Positions 14,032 through 16,000 of a stretch of 16,000 bases of DNA are shown in pieces. Numbering within the stretch: the stretch's first letter is position 1; every line of letters starts with the position of its first letter. The DNA lies in the NCBI GenBank assembly GCA_030426745.1, contig JAUHYB010000029.1, positions 3,950 to 19,949 on the forward strand. The letters are read 5' to 3'. The notes below the pieces were generated by a model. That model saw only the letters and a list, made by a program, of their open reading frames with translations. It was not told the origin of the DNA and ran no database searches. The position numbers and the translations under genes are program-made. This DNA comes from a bacterium (GTDB lineage: Bacteria; Planctomycetota; UBA1135; GCA-002686595).

Positions 14032-14999
14032 CTCACCGCCGCGAACACGAGCGCGCCGACGACGACGAACGCGAGCACGATCGCGACCACCAGCGCCACG
14101 CGCGACCACGAGAACGGGACCGTCCCGGTGATGCCTCGCGCGTCCGATCCGCACACGACGGCGCGGTACAGCTTGTCGTCGTAGCGGTACGCGAAGACCC
14201 ACGCGGGCAGCGCGACGCGGCGCGAGGTGAGTCCTTCTAGCAGGCTCGAGGTGTGCACGTTGCGGAAGCGCGAGCCGGGGATGTGCAGGTCCTCGACGCG
14301 GCGCCGGGTGGCGCGCTCGATCGCGCCGAGGATGACGCGGCGCGCGCCGGAGCGCTGCAGGTCGAAGGTCTCGTGCGCGACCGGCACGTCGCCGGGCGGC
14401 GGCGTCGGTTCGCGCTCGAGGTCCGCGACGGGGTAGAGGTCGCCGAGCGCCGCCACCTCGGACGCCGACAAGCCGCGCGACGCGCTGACGAGCAGGTCGT
14501 CGAAGTGCATGTGCGCCTCGCCCGAGTGCGGCGCCCAGTCCGAACGCCCGGCGCCGAGGTTCGAGTCCGCCGCCCACGTCACGAACGCGCGCGCGTCGCA
14601 GACCCACGCGACCCAGTAGATCGCCTTGATCGACTCGAGCTTCGCGCGGCGCTGCAGGTCGGCGGGGCGGAAGAAGCCCTGGTTGCCCAGCCAGTTCTTC
14701 ACGCGCGCGCGCGCCTCCTCGCGCGTGACGGCGAACGGCAGCCAGCGCTCGGTCTCCTCCGGCGGGTCCGCGCGGTCCTCCAGCCGCATCTCCGAGTCGC
14801 AGAAGCTGCACTTCGGCGCTCCGGCGCGCGCGTCGTACGACACGGCCGCGCCGCAGCTCGTGCAGCGCAGCACCTGCACGGCGACGACGTCGCGCGGGCG
14901 CTCGGTGACCGGCGCCTCGCGGCCGCACACGGCGCAGCGCAGGTCGCCGGCCTCCAGCGGGCTCTCGCAGCGCACGCAGCGCAGGGCGGTCGTCGTCAC
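14028..14999 (-). CDS. Double zinc-ribbon protein with extreme C-terminal TM anchor, unknown function (323 aa); paralog of the upstream gene
   Basis: The start is placed at GTG 14999..14997, overlapping the upstream TGA (GTGA). The other 249 upstream codons of track ORF 14028..15746 are Arg-rich and overlap the upstream gene in another frame. The sequence runs VTTTALRCVRCESPLEAGDLRCAVCG...VLRCTSCGAAVSYDARAGAPKCSFCDS, giving two CxxC...CxxC ribbons. The C-terminal TM helix is WSRVALVVAIVLAFVVVGALVFAAVS. It shares ordered motifs with the upstream protein. Confidence 0.8.
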   Translation of the reverse strand: MTTTALRCVRCESPLEAGDLRCAVCGREAPVTERPRDVVAVQVLRCTSCGAAVSYDARAGAPKCSFCDSEMRLEDRADPPEETERWLPFAVTREEARARVKNWLGNQGFFRPADLQRRAKLESIKAIYWVAWVCDARAFVTWAADSNLGAGRSDWAPHSGEAHMHFDDLLVSASRGLSASEVAALGDLYPVADLEREPTPPPGDVPVAHETFDLQRSGARRVILGAIERATRRRVEDLHIPGSRFRNVHTSSLLEGLTSRRVALPAWVFAYRYDDKLYRAVVCGSDARGITGTVPFSWSRVALVVAIVLAFVVVGALVFAAVS

Positions 15000-16000
15000 G
15001 CGATCACCCCCAGCATCGCGAGGGATCCGAACGCGCCCATGAGCGCGAGCAGGATCAGGCCGAAGACGACCAGGAGCAACCCGACGCCGATCGCGATCTT
15101 GATCGCGGACCGCGGCACCTCGCCCTGCACCTCGCCGGTCTGGCCGTTGATGAGGATGCGCAGCGGCCGGTGGTCCTTGCCGTAGCGCGCGGCGAACACC
15201 CAGATCGGCAGCAGCACCAGGTCGGTGTCCTCGTCGTGGAAGTCGACGTGCAGGCCGGTCAGCTTCGAGGAGTCGCCGGGCAGGAACGCGCGGACGCGGC
15301 GCTCGAGCCACGCGCGCGCTTCCGACTGCGCCGTCGCGTGGCCCTGTTCGCGGTCGAGCGTGGCCTCCTCCGCGACCCAGCCCGAGACGATCGCCGGGTC
15401 GTAGCGGCGCAACGCGCGCAGGTCGAAGGGCTCGATCGACTCCAGCTCCGCGTTGCCGAGGCCGCGCGACGCCGTGACGAGCACGTCGACGACGTAGGCG
15501 GCGTGCGTGCCCGACAGGTCGCGCCACTCGGTCTTCACGACGGTGCGCGTGCGGACGACGGTGCGGCCCTTCGAGTCGGTCGTCGTGTAGGTCTCGGTGA
15601 CCGTGTAGTTCTCGCCGATCCGCGCGTCGTACACCGAGCGCGCCGTCGCGCCGTACAGCCACGCGGGCAGGTAGATGCCCTCGACGCTGCGCACCTCGGC
15701 GTTCTTGAGCTCCGAGGGCGCGAACCACCGGCGCTTGCCGATCCACGCGCGCACGCGGCGGTTCGCCTCCTCGCGGTCGATCAGGAACCCCAGCGCGAAG
15801 TCGGGCGCGTCGCGGCGCGCGCTGTCCGCTCCCGCCGGCCGATCGACGACCGACGGCGACGCGCAGTAGGGGCAGAGCGTCGCGAAGCGGTGCGCCGGCA
15901 TCGTGACCGTCGCGCCGCAGTCCTTGCAGCGGATCTCCAGCGTCGCCTCTTCGGGAGGCGACGCGACGGCGGCGCCGGGGACTTCGCTCGGGGACTCCAT
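14996..16000 (-). CDS. Zinc-ribbon protein with C-terminal hydrophobic anchor, unknown function (at least 334 aa)
   Basis: ATG lies at 16000..15998, exactly at the window edge, so the true start could be further upstream. The zinc ribbon is LEIRCKDCGATVTMPAHRFATLCPYCASP. The soluble domain carries GIYLPAWLY, VLVTASRGL and LLPIWVFAARYG...ILINGQTGEVQGEVP. The C-terminal hydrophobic tail is AIKIAIGVGLLLVVFGLILLALMGAFGSLAMLGVIA. Confidence 0.8.
   Translation of the reverse strand: MESPSEVPGAAVASPPEEATLEIRCKDCGATVTMPAHRFATLCPYCASPSVVDRPAGADSARRDAPDFALGFLIDREEANRRVRAWIGKRRWFAPSELKNAEVRSVEGIYLPAWLYGATARSVYDARIGENYTVTETYTTTDSKGRTVVRTRTVVKTEWRDLSGTHAAYVVDVLVTASRGLGNAELESIEPFDLRALRRYDPAIVSGWVAEEATLDREQGHATAQSEARAWLERRVRAFLPGDSSKLTGLHVDFHDEDTDLVLLPIWVFAARYGKDHRPLRILINGQTGEVQGEVPRSAIKIAIGVGLLLVVFGLILLALMGAFGSLAMLGVIA

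Noticed and set aside
14999-15746. N-terminal 249 codons of the 572-aa track ORF 14028..15746
   Set aside because: This part overlaps the upstream zinc-ribbon gene in another frame and is Arg/Gly/Pro-rich. A GTG at 14999 overlaps the upstream stop (GTGA) and begins immediately before the first zinc ribbon, so it is the more plausible start. ORFs 13957..14928 (-) and 14253..15185 (+) are rejected as shadows for the same reason.
1-16000. Scan for tRNA/rRNA genes, IS elements, integrases, toxin-antitoxin pairs and known defence-system signatures
   Set aside because: The intergenic spaces are short (27-254 nt) and are accounted for by hairpins and promoter-like sequence. No transposase/integrase-like ORF, terminal inverted repeat pair or direct-repeat array was seen. 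Absence is judged by eye only.

Overview
High-GC bacterial chromosomal segment; hand-sampled 60-nt blocks are about 72-73% G+C. I call 13 protein-coding genes. I found no rRNA, tRNA, CRISPR array, transposase or integrase. Most long ORFs in the six-frame track are high-GC shadow frames (Arg/Ala/Gly/Pro-rich) and are rejected below. Gene order, left to right: (1) two overlapping minus-strand B12-binding radical SAM genes, the downstream one truncated by the left edge and absent from the ORF track; (2) a divergent lipoprotein built from about nine DxNGDG calcium-loop repeats; (3) cydA-cydB (cytochrome bd oxidase) followed at 40-nt and 27-nt gaps by two large secreted proteins made of carboxypeptidase-regulatory-like beta-sandwich modules; (4) a minus-strand padR gene overlapping a membrane partner that joins an ADOP-type 'permease prefix' helical domain to one TM helix and a Poly_export-like domain; (5) divergent from padR, a secreted cytochrome b562-like protein coupled to a CxxCH (PSCyt1-type) heme domain fused to a DUF2231-like 4-TM module; (6) a coupled pair of paralogous zinc-ribbon, C-terminally anchored proteins of unknown function that runs into the right edge. 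Five gene junctions have start/stop overlaps (ATGA, GTGA, TGATG). The domain repertoire (PSCyt1, ADOP-type prefix, CarboxypepD_reg-like repeats) suggests a Planctomycetota/Acidobacteriota/Myxococcota-like organism, but that is only an inference. The best candidates for undescribed biology are the zinc-ribbon pair, the PadR plus chimeric sensor module, the b562/c-heme/DUF2231 module, and the double radical SAM operon with a possible C-terminal RRE-like domain. All homology statements come from motif recognition by eye; no searches were run.
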